A stretch of DNA of 64,000 nucleotides from Antedon mediterranea. Lineage: Eukaryota; Animalia; Echinodermata. Position numbers and translations under genes: made by a program. A model generated the notes under the pieces. It searched no databases and was not told the DNA's origin. It worked only from the letters and a program-made list of their open reading frames with translations. The number at the start of each line of letters is the position of its first letter. The stretch's first letter is position 1. This document shows, piece after piece, positions 1 through 12,287 of this stretch. Location of the stretch: the NCBI RefSeq assembly GCF_964355755.1, contig NC_092676.1, positions 6,921,888 to 6,985,887 on the forward strand, written 5' to 3'.

Positions 1-699
1 CTTATCTCATGTCGCAAATTCCCAAAAGTAAATGTTAAATTTAAACTGTTTTTAGTGCAAACAATACATTACAGGGAGTCAATATTTGCCCTTCGATTTC
101 CCTAACATTTACATGCCAACTATACTAAGGCTCTGTCTACACTATTAAATTATGTAAAAAAAAGGTGTGATATGTCCGAATAATGATAGTGATGTGCCCA
201 AATATGGTAGTGATATGACATCATTATGTCCATATATGGGCACTTTACATGTTTTGTCACATAAAGATGAAAGATATAGAAAAAGTGCAATACCATACCA
301 GCCTTATCTCGCTTCTAAATGAATAATTATTATGTATCACCCAATATTTCAGCGCAATACAGTTCTTTGTTTCCCTTTATTCACTATTTTTAATGTCTGT
401 GTTAGCCTTATTGGTCCTTTTGGGTGTTTTTTGGTGTTTTACATTTTAAACTTAACTTTTATAATGTTCCTGTATAGTATTTCTTGTGTCAATATTAATA
501 ATTATTATAAATATATTATGCGATTACGATATTGAAATAAATGAAAAAAAAATTGTAAAAATTTAAAAAATAAAGATTGATATTGTAGACACAGCTTAAG
601 ACGATAACAATTGAATTTACAGATACATTTTCCTACATAAAACAAAATAATTATACGATAACCATTATACAGTCTTTGATGAAAATAATATGTTCAGAA

Positions 700-3600
700 G
701 TTTAATCAAATGATATCCTAATTAGTAAGAGCAATGATATCGTGCCGCTACAATGATGTTTTGTTCAAATGCCTTGGGTTGGGTATTAGGTCTTCGTTTT
801 ACCTAAAAAACATTTATAGACACAAAAACGATGATCAACACCAATCCCTAAAAAAATATATTTAATACACTGAGAGAACATTGTTCAACTTAGCATTTTA
901 ATCCCAATTCACTGTTTGATCGTCGGTGATATGGTGAACAAAGTTGGCTGTTTTCAATATGCTTACTGAGTGTCGGTACAAGCAAGTATAATGAACTACT
1001 GAACTAAACGTGAAGCGTGAATAACACTAGATTACATTTTAACCATCTCTAATGTCATTTTATTGAAAATTATATGTTTAAAATAAAAATGTTGTCTTTC
1101 TTTTAATATTGTCCTTCTTTATTAGTTTAAAAAAGTATGTATGTTCCTTAACGAATAAACACGGTTAACAAAAAATTTAATAAGATTAGGCTACATACAA
1201 AGCAAAAATATTTCTCTAACTATCTAAAAATGAAACTACTTTCTTTGTCCAAAACAGACATTTTGATCTATCCCAAAAAGTTTATAGTTTCTGAAGTTTT
1301 GACAAAAACGAAAAATTAAAAAAATAAAATTAATAACATAATATATATTAACATTTAATTTCATGGTCATTGTATGTTTTATTAGCGGTAAGATAGTGTT
1401 CAATTTATTGTGTGTCATCAATTTAGATACTTTCACGTTCAATACAGAAGCAGATATAATGTGGTGAGCAAAGAAACCCTGTATTCTGTTTTATTGTGTG
1501 TTTATGTTTCACTTAAGACATTCCACCATTGATAGGCGTCACCATAAAATGGTTGTAAGATCATACAATTAAAAATACGCATGACAATTACACAGAAATA
1601 ATGCTATGAAAATTAGTTTTAAAAAGATTATTTTCTTGTACTGTTTTCTATGCAAATGAAATTTCTTAAAATTAAATGAAATGAGATAGTTTACATTTAG
1701 GATGGCGGAACTCAAAACAGTGATGACTCAAAACAGTGATGACTCATAATCTAAACTAAGCGTGTTGGTTGAAAATAGTAAATATTACTAATATTAATTT
1801 ATCAAACTAGGCCTACTAGGCTTACTTATTTATGTTTGCAGTATTTCAACCACCACCATATTACCACCACAATTTCATATCAGCACTTTATAAGCTATAG
1901 TTATTGTTATTGAAACATATTGAAATCCAGAATATATTTTTGTCATACATTAATAATAACATTATTTGGAATGATGCTTTTGCAACAGCGGCACAAACCT
2001 ATCGGTAGTGCATCCTAATAATAACAATCTTTAAATACCAATAGCAAAAATACAATATAAAACAATGCAATCAAATAACGAGAGGAAAACATAAGTAATT
2101 AACAGTAAATAAAGTTAAATCGTAATAACCATGCCTTTTTTATATATCTTTTACAAAAACTTGTCAAATATGTCCTAGTTACTAAGGGCTAACGTTAATT
2201 TTAACCAGACATTAAAAAGTAATAAAGAATAGGTCCTATATATTTTACGATAGGCCTAGTTGTAAAGCATTTGAATCACACTAAAACCAAATACGGTGCA
2301 AGTGCGTATACATTGTTATTGATTAGTTTTTCCGTTATTTTTTCTGATCAAGTATTCTGTTCCGCTAGAACATGTTGATCAATGAGAGCAATTGACCAAA
2401 ACAAATACATGATAGGATGTCAAAATCAGCCTTTCCATTTCGTGCCAACTTGTCATAATGTCAAGTTTGACCTCCGTCCCTAAAATTTGGTTCCCGTGCA
2501 CCGTATCATCTTTGATACTTTACCTTTGAAAATACAATTAGCAGATATGACAAGCAAAATGGACAATTTGAATACAATGGCGCTTTTTGATCGATGAGAT
2601 TTTCTTTATCTTGTATATTTATGTAACCATTTGAACGACATACACGACAAATTTGTAATCATGTTGCGATGTACGGTATGCGTGAACATTAAACACAACT
2701 ATTAGGATACAAATATTAAATTGTTTTCAACTAATTCATTCATTCATTTCTTTATGTGAAATCAATTTCAATAAAAATAATTATACAATAATACAATACA
2801 GTCGTTGCGAAATCGTAATAATATACGTAGGCAAAACAAACAATTATTAGATAAAATATTATTACTAACCGAACTAAAGCCAATCAAACCATAACAAAAC
2901 ATAATTCAACAGAACAATTCAACTTTTGTGTTTTTCGTGATACGAACACCAGCATTAGTTCATTAGTTAGGCGTAATGTTTAATTTCTTAGTCCATGAGG
3001 ATACCAAATATGATGACTATGTGAGCCAATTCAAATGAAATAAAGGCAGAATAATAAGAAAATTGTGGGTATATCAATATGGATACCCACAAACAACAAA
3101 CAAGAAATTACTAATTCGTTTGAACGGCTTACTAATTCGTTTAAACGAATTACTAGAGAGGTTTCGCAATCGTACGAATACGATAACGAAAACGGATACG
3201 TCACGCACACGTATTCGTTTTCGTAAGCCATAAAAAAATCTGTTTCGCATGGCAACGAAATATTGAGGCGCGTCCAAAATATGACTGCGGTAAATTTGAG
3301 CGAAGGGAAGGTGCGTGTTGCTTGGTGTTTGGCTGCCTAGCTAGGCCTAGCGTAACATCAAAGCGAGTGAGGACCCCGGTGAGGACTTTAAAAACTGCTA
3401 TTATTTTATCAAAATTGACCTGGCATTTAGTAAATTACTTTAGTAAATTACTTTCAATAAATCTATAATTATATTATAATCATGAATCATTCCTAATTCA
3501 AATTCAAAATGTGCAAAATAGATCAAAAACTATACTCGTTTTGTAGTTACGAATATGACTGGTGATATTCGTCAACACGAATACGCTTTACGAATATGAA

Positions 3601-6600
3601 ATGGGGATCAGCTCAAAAGTTTCACAAATGTATGACGTATCCGTTTTCGTTATCGTATTCGTAAGGTTGCGAAACCTCCCTATATTAATCCGTTTAAACG
3701 AATTAGTAACTCGGTAGAACGGATTACGCGTGAAAAACATGAGATGAGGATTAATGTTAATAAAGATTATTGTCTTGTACTGTTACTATGAAAATGAAAT
3801 AAAGAAAAAGTGAAATTAAATGAGTTCGTTATGTTTCTACCATAACCGCCCCAGCCTAATCTATTGAAACATGGTATTTATTTCTCCATTGAAATGTATA
3901 TCAAAAACATGTATTTTTTTCTTTCGATTGTTTCTCTTTATTAGGTATTTGGTGTTTTTTATTAAATTCAATAATCAATAAATAAAAATGTATATATTGA
4001 TATTTTGTTCCTGTTAGTCAATACGATTTTTAATTTTCAATTTTTTTTTCTCGATTTTCAGAACAAATGAGAAATCTTTTATTTATGATTTTATAGGTCT
4101 TCCTTATAGCCCAAAGAAGATGATGGATATGGTTATTTAGACATAAACAATTATACGATTCACACAAATTAATAACAATACATAGAAGTACTGTAATCAT
4201 CATCCAAAAAGGAAAATCTCAAAACCCATCACACAAACATGTTGCTCAACACAGAAAATTATAAAATAAAGAAAGTATTGCTCTGTTTTGAAACCATCTC
4301 CCGTTTTCGGTACTTTGCACATCATTGATTGGTCAATCAATGTCACTTTGACCTCCGTCCCTAAAAATCATTCCGTGCACCTAATCATATTCAAAACTTA
4401 CCTTTGAATATACAAGCAGATATGAAAAGCAAAATGAGCTCTTTGAAAGTAATATAATCTTTCTGATTGATAAGATTCTCTTTTATTTTATTTACTTTGT
4501 CGACGAATTACGGAACTATAGCGTGAAAATTAAACATAAATAATACTAATACATATTTAGTTTATTACAAAGATTCACGCCTAAGATTAATTTATTGAAA
4601 CTTATTCTAAATAAATAGTTTAAAAAGACATATTATGAAACAGGAAGCGACAACAAAATAAATGTTTTTATGGTCACATTGTATGTTTTATGATCGATGA
4701 GATTTTCTTTATCTTGTATATTTATGTAACCATTTGAAACACGACAAATGTGTAATCATGTTGAGATGTATGCGTGAACATTAAACAGAAATATTAGGCT
4801 ACAAATATTAAATTATTTTCGACTAATTCATTCATTCATTTCTTTATGTGAAATCAATTTCAATAAAAATAATTATACAATAATACAATACAGTCGTTAC
4901 GAAATCGTAATAAATATACGTAGGCAAAACAAACAATTTATTAGATAAAATAATATTACTAACCGAACTAAAGCCAATCAAACCATAACAAAACATAATT
5001 CAACAGAACAATTCAACTTTTGTGTTTTTCGTGATACGAACACCAGCATTAGTTCATTAGTTAGGCTTACTGTTTAATTTCTTAGTCCATGAGGATACCA
5101 AATATGATGACTATGTGAGCCAATTCAAATGAAATTAAGGCAGAATAATAAGAAAATTGTGGGTATATCAATATGGATACCCACAAACAACAAACAAGAA
5201 ATTACTAATCTGTTTGAACGGCTTACTAATTCGTTTAAACGAATTATTAATCCGTCTAAACGAATTAGTAACTCGGTAGAACGGATTACGCGTGAAAAAC
5301 ATGAGATGAGGATTAATGTTAATAAAGATTATTGTCTTGTACTGTTACTATGAAAATGAAATATAGAAAAAGTGAAATTAAATGAGTTCGTTATGTTTCT
5401 ACCATAACCGCCCCAGCCTAATCTATTTTTTTCTTTCGATTGTTTCTCTTTATTAGGTATTTGGTGTTTTTCATTAAATTCAATAATCAATAAATAAAAG
5501 TGTATATATTGATATTTTGTTCCTGTTAGACAATACGATTTTCAATTTTAAATTTTTTTTTCGATTTTCAAAACAAATGGGCAATCTTTTTTTAATGATT
5601 TTATAGGTCTTCTTTATAGACTCCAAAGAAGATGATGTATATAGTTATATTTAGACATAAACAGTTATTACGATACACGCAAATTAAATAACAATACATA
5701 GATGTACTGTAGTCAATTCATCCAAAAGGAAACTCTCAAAATCCATCACACAAACATGTTGCTCAACACAGAAAATAAATAAAGAAAGTATTGCTCTGTT
5801 TTGAAACCATTTTCCGCTTGGTATTTTGCACATCATTGATTGGTCAATCAATTTCACTTTAACCCCCGTCTCTAAAAATGATTCCGTGTATCTAACCTTA
5901 CCTTTAAACGTCTAATCTTACCTTTGAATATATACAACAAGCAAATATGACAAGCAAATTGAGCTCTTTGAAATTGATAAGATTTTATTTACTTTGTCGA
6001 CGAATTACGGAACTAATTGCGTAAAAATTAAACTAATACATATTTTGTTTATGACAAAGATAACCGCTTAAGATTATTTTTTTTATTGAAACTAAACAAT
6101 AGTTAAAACGACATATTTTAGACTTATGAAACAGGAAGTGAGAACAAAATAAGTGCTTTATGGTCACATTGTATGTTTTATGATCGATGTTCAGTTTTAC
6201 CTTTTTTTTTATTTATTTATTTTTTATTTCATATTTCATCAAAAACATGTCCTTATTGAAATTTATATCAAAGATGTTAATATGATATGATGTTTTCCTT
6301 TCAGTAGTTTCTCTTCATCACTTATTTGGTGTTTGTCGTTACATAAAAGATTCAATAATAATACTCCTATTTTTCATGTCAATGTTCACATTTTATACCA
6401 TAACATTATAGCCGCAATTTTATTATATTAGGTCTTAGACTTAAACAATAATACGATTAACTACAAATTACATTACTTTACATAGAAGTAGTGATATTCA
6501 TTAACAAAAAAATCTCTCAGAAAATTAAAACAAAAGAATAATAATAAATGTTCAAATCATCCCCACTCGGTACTTTGCAGTAAATTGTTCAATCAATGTC

Positions 6601-9600
6601 ACCTTGACTCTCACCCACAAGTATTGGTCTACATCAGTTACTTGGTGTTTTGCCTTAAATCCAATAATCTATAAATGGTAGGTAGGCTTACACTTTATTA
6701 ATATTTTGTTCCTGTCAATGCAATAATATAAGACCAAACAAATATGTAATCTAAATTTTCTAACTTTTTTATATATCTTTCTTTTTAGACCCCAAGAAGA
6801 TGGATATGTTTATTTTTAGACTTAAAAAATTCACAAAAATGACAAAACAATACATAGAAGTAGTTAATTCATCAAAAATAGTAGTACACTTTCTAAATCT
6901 ATCACAAACTTGTTGCTCAACACAGAAAATGATTAAAGAAAGTATTGCTCTGTTTAAAACCATCCCCCACTCGGTACTTTGCACATCATTGATTGGTCAA
7001 TCAATGTCACTTTGACCTCCGTCCCGCCCCAGAAATCATTCCGTGTACCTAATTATATTTAAAACTTAGCTTTGAATATACAAGCAGATATTACCAGCAA
7101 AATGAGCTCTTTTAAAGCAATATATAATCTTTCTGATTGATAAGATTCCCTTTTTTTTTATTTACTTTGTCGACGATTTGAGATACTTCACCTTTGGAAC
7201 GTCAACTGTGCTGAAATCAAACAAACTAAACTAAGCGTGTTGGTTATACTAGATATTAAGTTATCAAACTATTACCACTAATACTGATTTTTTTTTACAT
7301 CTAGGTCACAAGCCAACCACCACCATATCTATATATAAATTATGGTTAATTCTGACATAGGCGAGCACAATGGGAAAACTTCGGTACAAATCTCTGCATT
7401 ATTGGATACCTTCCTGATCTATCTCAGATGTACCGTGAAATGTAAATTTGATAACATTAGTTTTCACTATTACGATATTGTTCCATATTTCTATCTTATG
7501 AAGATATTATAAAGATTTAAAAATGTATGATTTCAACAGTATATTTTCAACTCAATTTCAATTCTTCGCGGTCAAAGTAATTTCCGGGTTCATGATGAGT
7601 TCACCTTGCAACAACCTGGTTTCAACTATTTTCTCTCTTTCATACACAAGGGAGCAGTTAAAATAATAGATTTGATCCTAAAGGTGACTGGAAACAGGCA
7701 CTTTCCATCAATCAATACAGTGTCCCTTTGAAGACTGAAGAAAAAACCAGATCGTGGGACTGGAGCTTTAAGTTGGCCATCATTGGCTATATAGCCATTT
7801 TAGTTTTTTGTTTATTTTAGCAACGGACCGCGCGTGTGAAGGTACAGTAGTTAAAAAATAAAAATTATACTGCAAATTAATAAAGATCAAATTAAATCGG
7901 AATATATTGTGGGGAATAGTATTATAAAATTACATAGGGAGATTTGATGATAAGAAATTGTGTTTAAAATCAAGTGAAATCCCGACAGCCGAGTTTTATT
8001 GAGTAAGCTGGCAGAAATAACTGTAGGCTATCTGTGTCCCGTTATGACCGAGATGTCTGCCCATGTTGCAAGCAATGTCTTCTTTCTTGGGCCGAAACAT
8101 CCGCTCTGTTACGGAAGTTAGTTTCAAAAGATGTTTAAATTAAATAATGTATTAATTATTAGGATGGTATTTATTTTAATAAACGCCTCTCCAATAAAAC
8201 ATCACTTTGAATAATAATCCCCCCCCCCCCCAACCCAACTATCTAACAAACGTCCATCCCATCCACATTTATAATAACACAATTATACTATTTGCAGAAG
8301 AATTCATCACACTGTTATTTACAATTTACCACGCATTTGTTATTCTTTTTTACCGCTTTTCATATCTATTAGAGGATTTCATTTGATTTTAAATGTTTCC
8401 ATATTATTAAAACTAAAAAATGTAACATATCCCTCGAATAAGCACCTCCCTCAAATGAACTCCGCCTCCCCACCTCCGCCCTATAATGGCCCTCCAAACA
8501 ATAAACACTATACTTTAAAATATTATTAATCATCTAAGACACTGTGAAACAGAGTAGTTTAGTTTTACGAATGTCAAGCATTTTCAATAATAGTAAACGA
8601 CAGACAACGTAAGAAACATTATCATTCCGAGAACCATCGTCTACACTTCCTAGTTAGCTTAATTTATCTACAGTTGTTGTTATAGAAACATTAACATTCA
8701 GGATATACTCAGTCGTGCAAAGTTGTCTCTCTGTTCTCAATACGTTTTCTGAACTATGAGATATAAATATGTTATAATTATAATGTGTTATTTTTCTATT
8801 CATCCCCAAGATAAATTATGAAGTTTACATGGTCTTTAGACATGAAATTTACTTTTCAGAACCACTATTCACTTGATGCACCACATTATTCAATCAAGTT
8901 ACATTGAACTAACACTAAAATCCTTTAGAATATTTGAAACTCTGAATATAAACCTACAAGAAGATACAGTAAGGAAAGCAACACATGCTCTTTGAATACA
9001 AAGGTGTATGCTTTCTGATATTATATTCTCTTATTATGTTGCGTGTGTATTTACACTTCACCTTTGGAATGGTGTCCCTCTGAAATTTACAAGCAGGTTT
9101 AACGAACTATCATGATAATTAAACATTAATTATTCTATCAATGCATATTTCGTTTATGACTAAGATAACCGCATACAATTATTTTATTGAAATTTCTTCT
9201 AAAACAATAATTAAAACGACATAAAGGAACCGATTTTGTTGAATTTTATATTTTTTAAATAGTTTTTTTTTTCTTTCTTTTAATATTGTTTAATGCGCAT
9301 TCAATTTTAATTATTTATATAGATCATAAAATGAGAAATAGTTTTGTATGATTATTGTCTTATTTCCTCTTTTGTGCCGTTAACTACTGCTTTTATTCAT
9401 TTCCTTTTTAAATGATCTAGACTAAATGATTATTGTCTTGTACTGTTTTCTGTGGAAATGAAGGTAGAAATAAAGATAAATGAAATAAATACATTATGTT
9501 TTTGTATCTACAATAACCGTCTCAGCTTAATATTTATCGAAACATGGACATTATTTCTCCATTGAAATTTATATCAAAGATGTTAATCTAATATGACTTA

Positions 9601-10500
9601 ATTTTATATTTTCCTTTTGCTTGCTTCTTTCCATCAGTTATTTGGTGTTTGTCATTAAATAAAGATAAACGATAGGCCTATATTGATATTCTGTTCATGT
9701 TAATGTTCACATTTTATACCATAGTGGCAATCTTGTTTATATTAGGTCTTCGTTATAGACGCTAAGAAGATGAGTAGGCCTAATGTTTATATTTAGACCT
9801 AAACAATAATACAATTAACAACACATTGACATTACATAGAAGTAGTCAATTCATTAAAACAAAATCTTTCACAAATTGTGTGTTGCTTGTCAGAAAATAT
9901 AAAAAAAATATTATGTTCGAAACCATCCCCACTCAGTACTTTCGATAAATGACATCATGTCTCACCCCCACAATTCGTTCTCGTGCACCTTATCATTTTG
10001 GACACTTTACCTTTGAATATACAAGCAGATACGACAAGAAAAATGGGCCATCTGAATACAATGGTGTTTGCATTCTGATTGATAATATTCTCTTTCATTT
10101 TGTGTGATGATTTCATTATCGATTTGAGAGATCGTTTACCTTTAGGATGGCGGCACTCGCAAACAGTGATGACCCAAAACAGTGATGACTCAAACGATCG
10201 AAACTAAGCGTGTTGGTTGCAAATAGTAAATATTACTAATATTAATTTATCAAACTAGGCCTAATAAGCCTACTTATTTATTTTGTCAACCACCACCGTA
10301 GGCCTATTATCACCACAATTTCACATTAGCTCTTTATTAGCTACAGTTTTTGTTATTGAAACATATTGACATCCTGAATATATTTTTGTTATTTATAATA
10401 ACATTAATGGAATGATGCGTTTGCAACAGCGGCACAAACGTATCGGTAGTGCATCCTAATAATAACACAAAAAAATACCAAAAGTAAAAATACAATGTTC
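700..10500. repeat. Scrambled array of decayed tandem segmental duplicates
   Basis: The block tgacctccgtccc...tacctttgaa...agcagatatgacaagcaaaatg recurs at about 2468, 4349, 5860, 7013 and 9960 (diverged at about 8940). Segments 1690-2060 and 10136-10495 match. Segments 2587-3150 plus 3685-4700 match 4692-6190. Confidence 0.85.
3153..3683. mobile_element. Non-autonomous DNA transposon (MITE), about 530 bp, about 50-bp TIR
   Basis: TIR ag(a/g)gaggtttcgcaa..tacgaatacgataacgaaaacggatacgtca at both ends. The element is absent from the paralogous site at about 5245 (gaattattaatccg). Confidence 0.9.
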
Positions 10501-10800
10501 AATTCAATTCAACTTTATTTTAGACAAGCTGTGCATATGAAGAATATACATACAATAAGAAAAAAAAAGAAATACAAAATCATTATATGACAACCGTTGG
10601 AGAGAGGACCAATAATTATTTGTTGACATATAGGGCCACTCCATCTCCACTTAAAATACATTTTGGAATAAAAAAATAAATATTCATATATACAAATTAG
10701 AATTTTATTATTTTTGCTTTTCATAATTCTGAGCATTTTGAGCCTTAAGAATTCATACAAAGAACATTATTTTCCACAAACAGATTTCTTGTACTGAGAT
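10497..10800 (-). mobile_element. Probable LINE 3' remnant
   Basis: The minus strand ends in aataaagttgaattgaattgaa, a typical microsatellite tail, after a short degenerate ORF end. Confidence 0.45.
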
Positions 10801-11699
10801 ACCGGGGTTGATCGGATAGTTCCTAGTAGCCTCTAGCATGCTGACGCGAACAGCCTGCCTGCTTTAGGCTATAGTCAACAGTATTCATTGCAGTACAGAC
10901 CTGTATAAAGCTTGTTAAAAATTAAAAACAGATTAATAATAAAACATTGTAAGTTCAAGCGTGTATTAAACAACTGTAATCATTAACTAGACATAGAATC
11001 ATAAATATTACACAAATTATGAAGGAATAATTATTTTCCCGCATTAAAAATTGAAAAATGTAAGGGGTTCACTTCCGTCTTTTTTTTTCATGGGAGAAAC
11101 GATCTTTTTAGTACTCCTAATGACCGATTTATAGGCCTAAGTATTGTTGCTTGTTTCTTGGACCGCACCGCAGATTCAAAGATGGTGAACAATTCATTGT
11201 TAAGTTGCCGTGGTATTTTTGTTAAATTGATGTTTTATTTTTTCCTTGATGTTTTGTTTAAAATTGCCGCGTGAGGGTTTTTTTTTTATTGCCGTGGCTT
11301 TAACAAAAAAAAACGTGTCTCCTTGAAAAAATAATTATTAACAAAATGTTTGTTGAATATGCCATTTTAATGTAACAATATTTATCCACTTTGACAAAAA
11401 ATTGGATAGAAAAAAAGTGTATTTACCTGAAAAAACTGTAATTTAAAGCAGAACATGGTCAAAAATTAGCTGCCAGCCAATGGGTTTTTGGTTGAATTTA
11501 ACTTGTCATTTTTATAAGTGAAAACATTTATTTTTTTATTGTTTTTCATCTGAAGTGATTAACTTTATTAAAACTACAAAATAATCTATTCAATGTTTTT
11601 ATTTTATTAATCTTTACTTTTCATGTCTTTGGGGAACAATACATCTTTAAATTGCCATGATATTTTTGGAAAGTTGCCGTGACACTTACAGGCCACCGT

Positions 11700-12287
11700 A
11701 ATTTTTATTTGTAGAGGGCGGAGAGAGCGCGGTAAATTTTATCTAAAATCAGCAAAGCGTGACGATGAAAACAAAAAGTGAATAGGCCCTAATTATGCAA
11801 TTTTGTTACCGTTTTACTTTTAGTTTACATACATTTGTTTATGTTAACATTTTAATCATAATTGAACTATATAAACGTTCTAGCCTAGGCCTCCTATAAT
11901 TAGTTGTAGGCCTAATTAATTAACCTAAAAATAAACCTAGGAGGGCTAGGCCTAGGCCTAGGTAGGCTAGATTAGGTAGGCCTAGGAACTCTAAACTAGC
12001 CTAGTCGCAGTCCCAGAACCCGTGGCCTGGCCCTGGCCTGACTATCCTAGCTAACTCAGGCATAGCTAGCTAGGCCCTACTACTGTACTATGGCCCTTAC
12101 TAAACCCTAGCATGCCTTAACTTAATCATGCCTAGGGGCCTAGTATTAATGTTAAATTAATTAAATTTTTATTTTGCAGCATTTGAAATGTATTCTTATT
12201 GCATCAATACAATGTTTAATAATTTAAATTAATATCAGCTAATAAATAAGCAATCATATTTATAGTTTAGCAAAGTACACTTTGGCA
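11700..12287 (+). promoter_or_regulatory. Probable promoter, non-coding first exon and first intron of the TPP1-like gene
   Basis: GC-box-like GAGGGCGGAG at about 11714, a donor-like aa|gtgaat at about 11778, and a strong acceptor ttttattttgcag| at 12179 upstream of ATG 12288. Confidence 0.45.

Noticed and set aside
1715-1750. C/D-box snoRNA suggested by repeated GTGATGA (also about 10165-10190)
   Set aside because: It is a local 17-bp duplication. No properly spaced CTGA D box with a terminal stem or recognisable rRNA guide was found.
7180-7200. SALMFamide-like neuropeptide from FTFG motifs in the repeat array
   Set aside because: There are no flanking dibasic cleavage sites, the frames are interrupted by stops, and no precursor structure is present.
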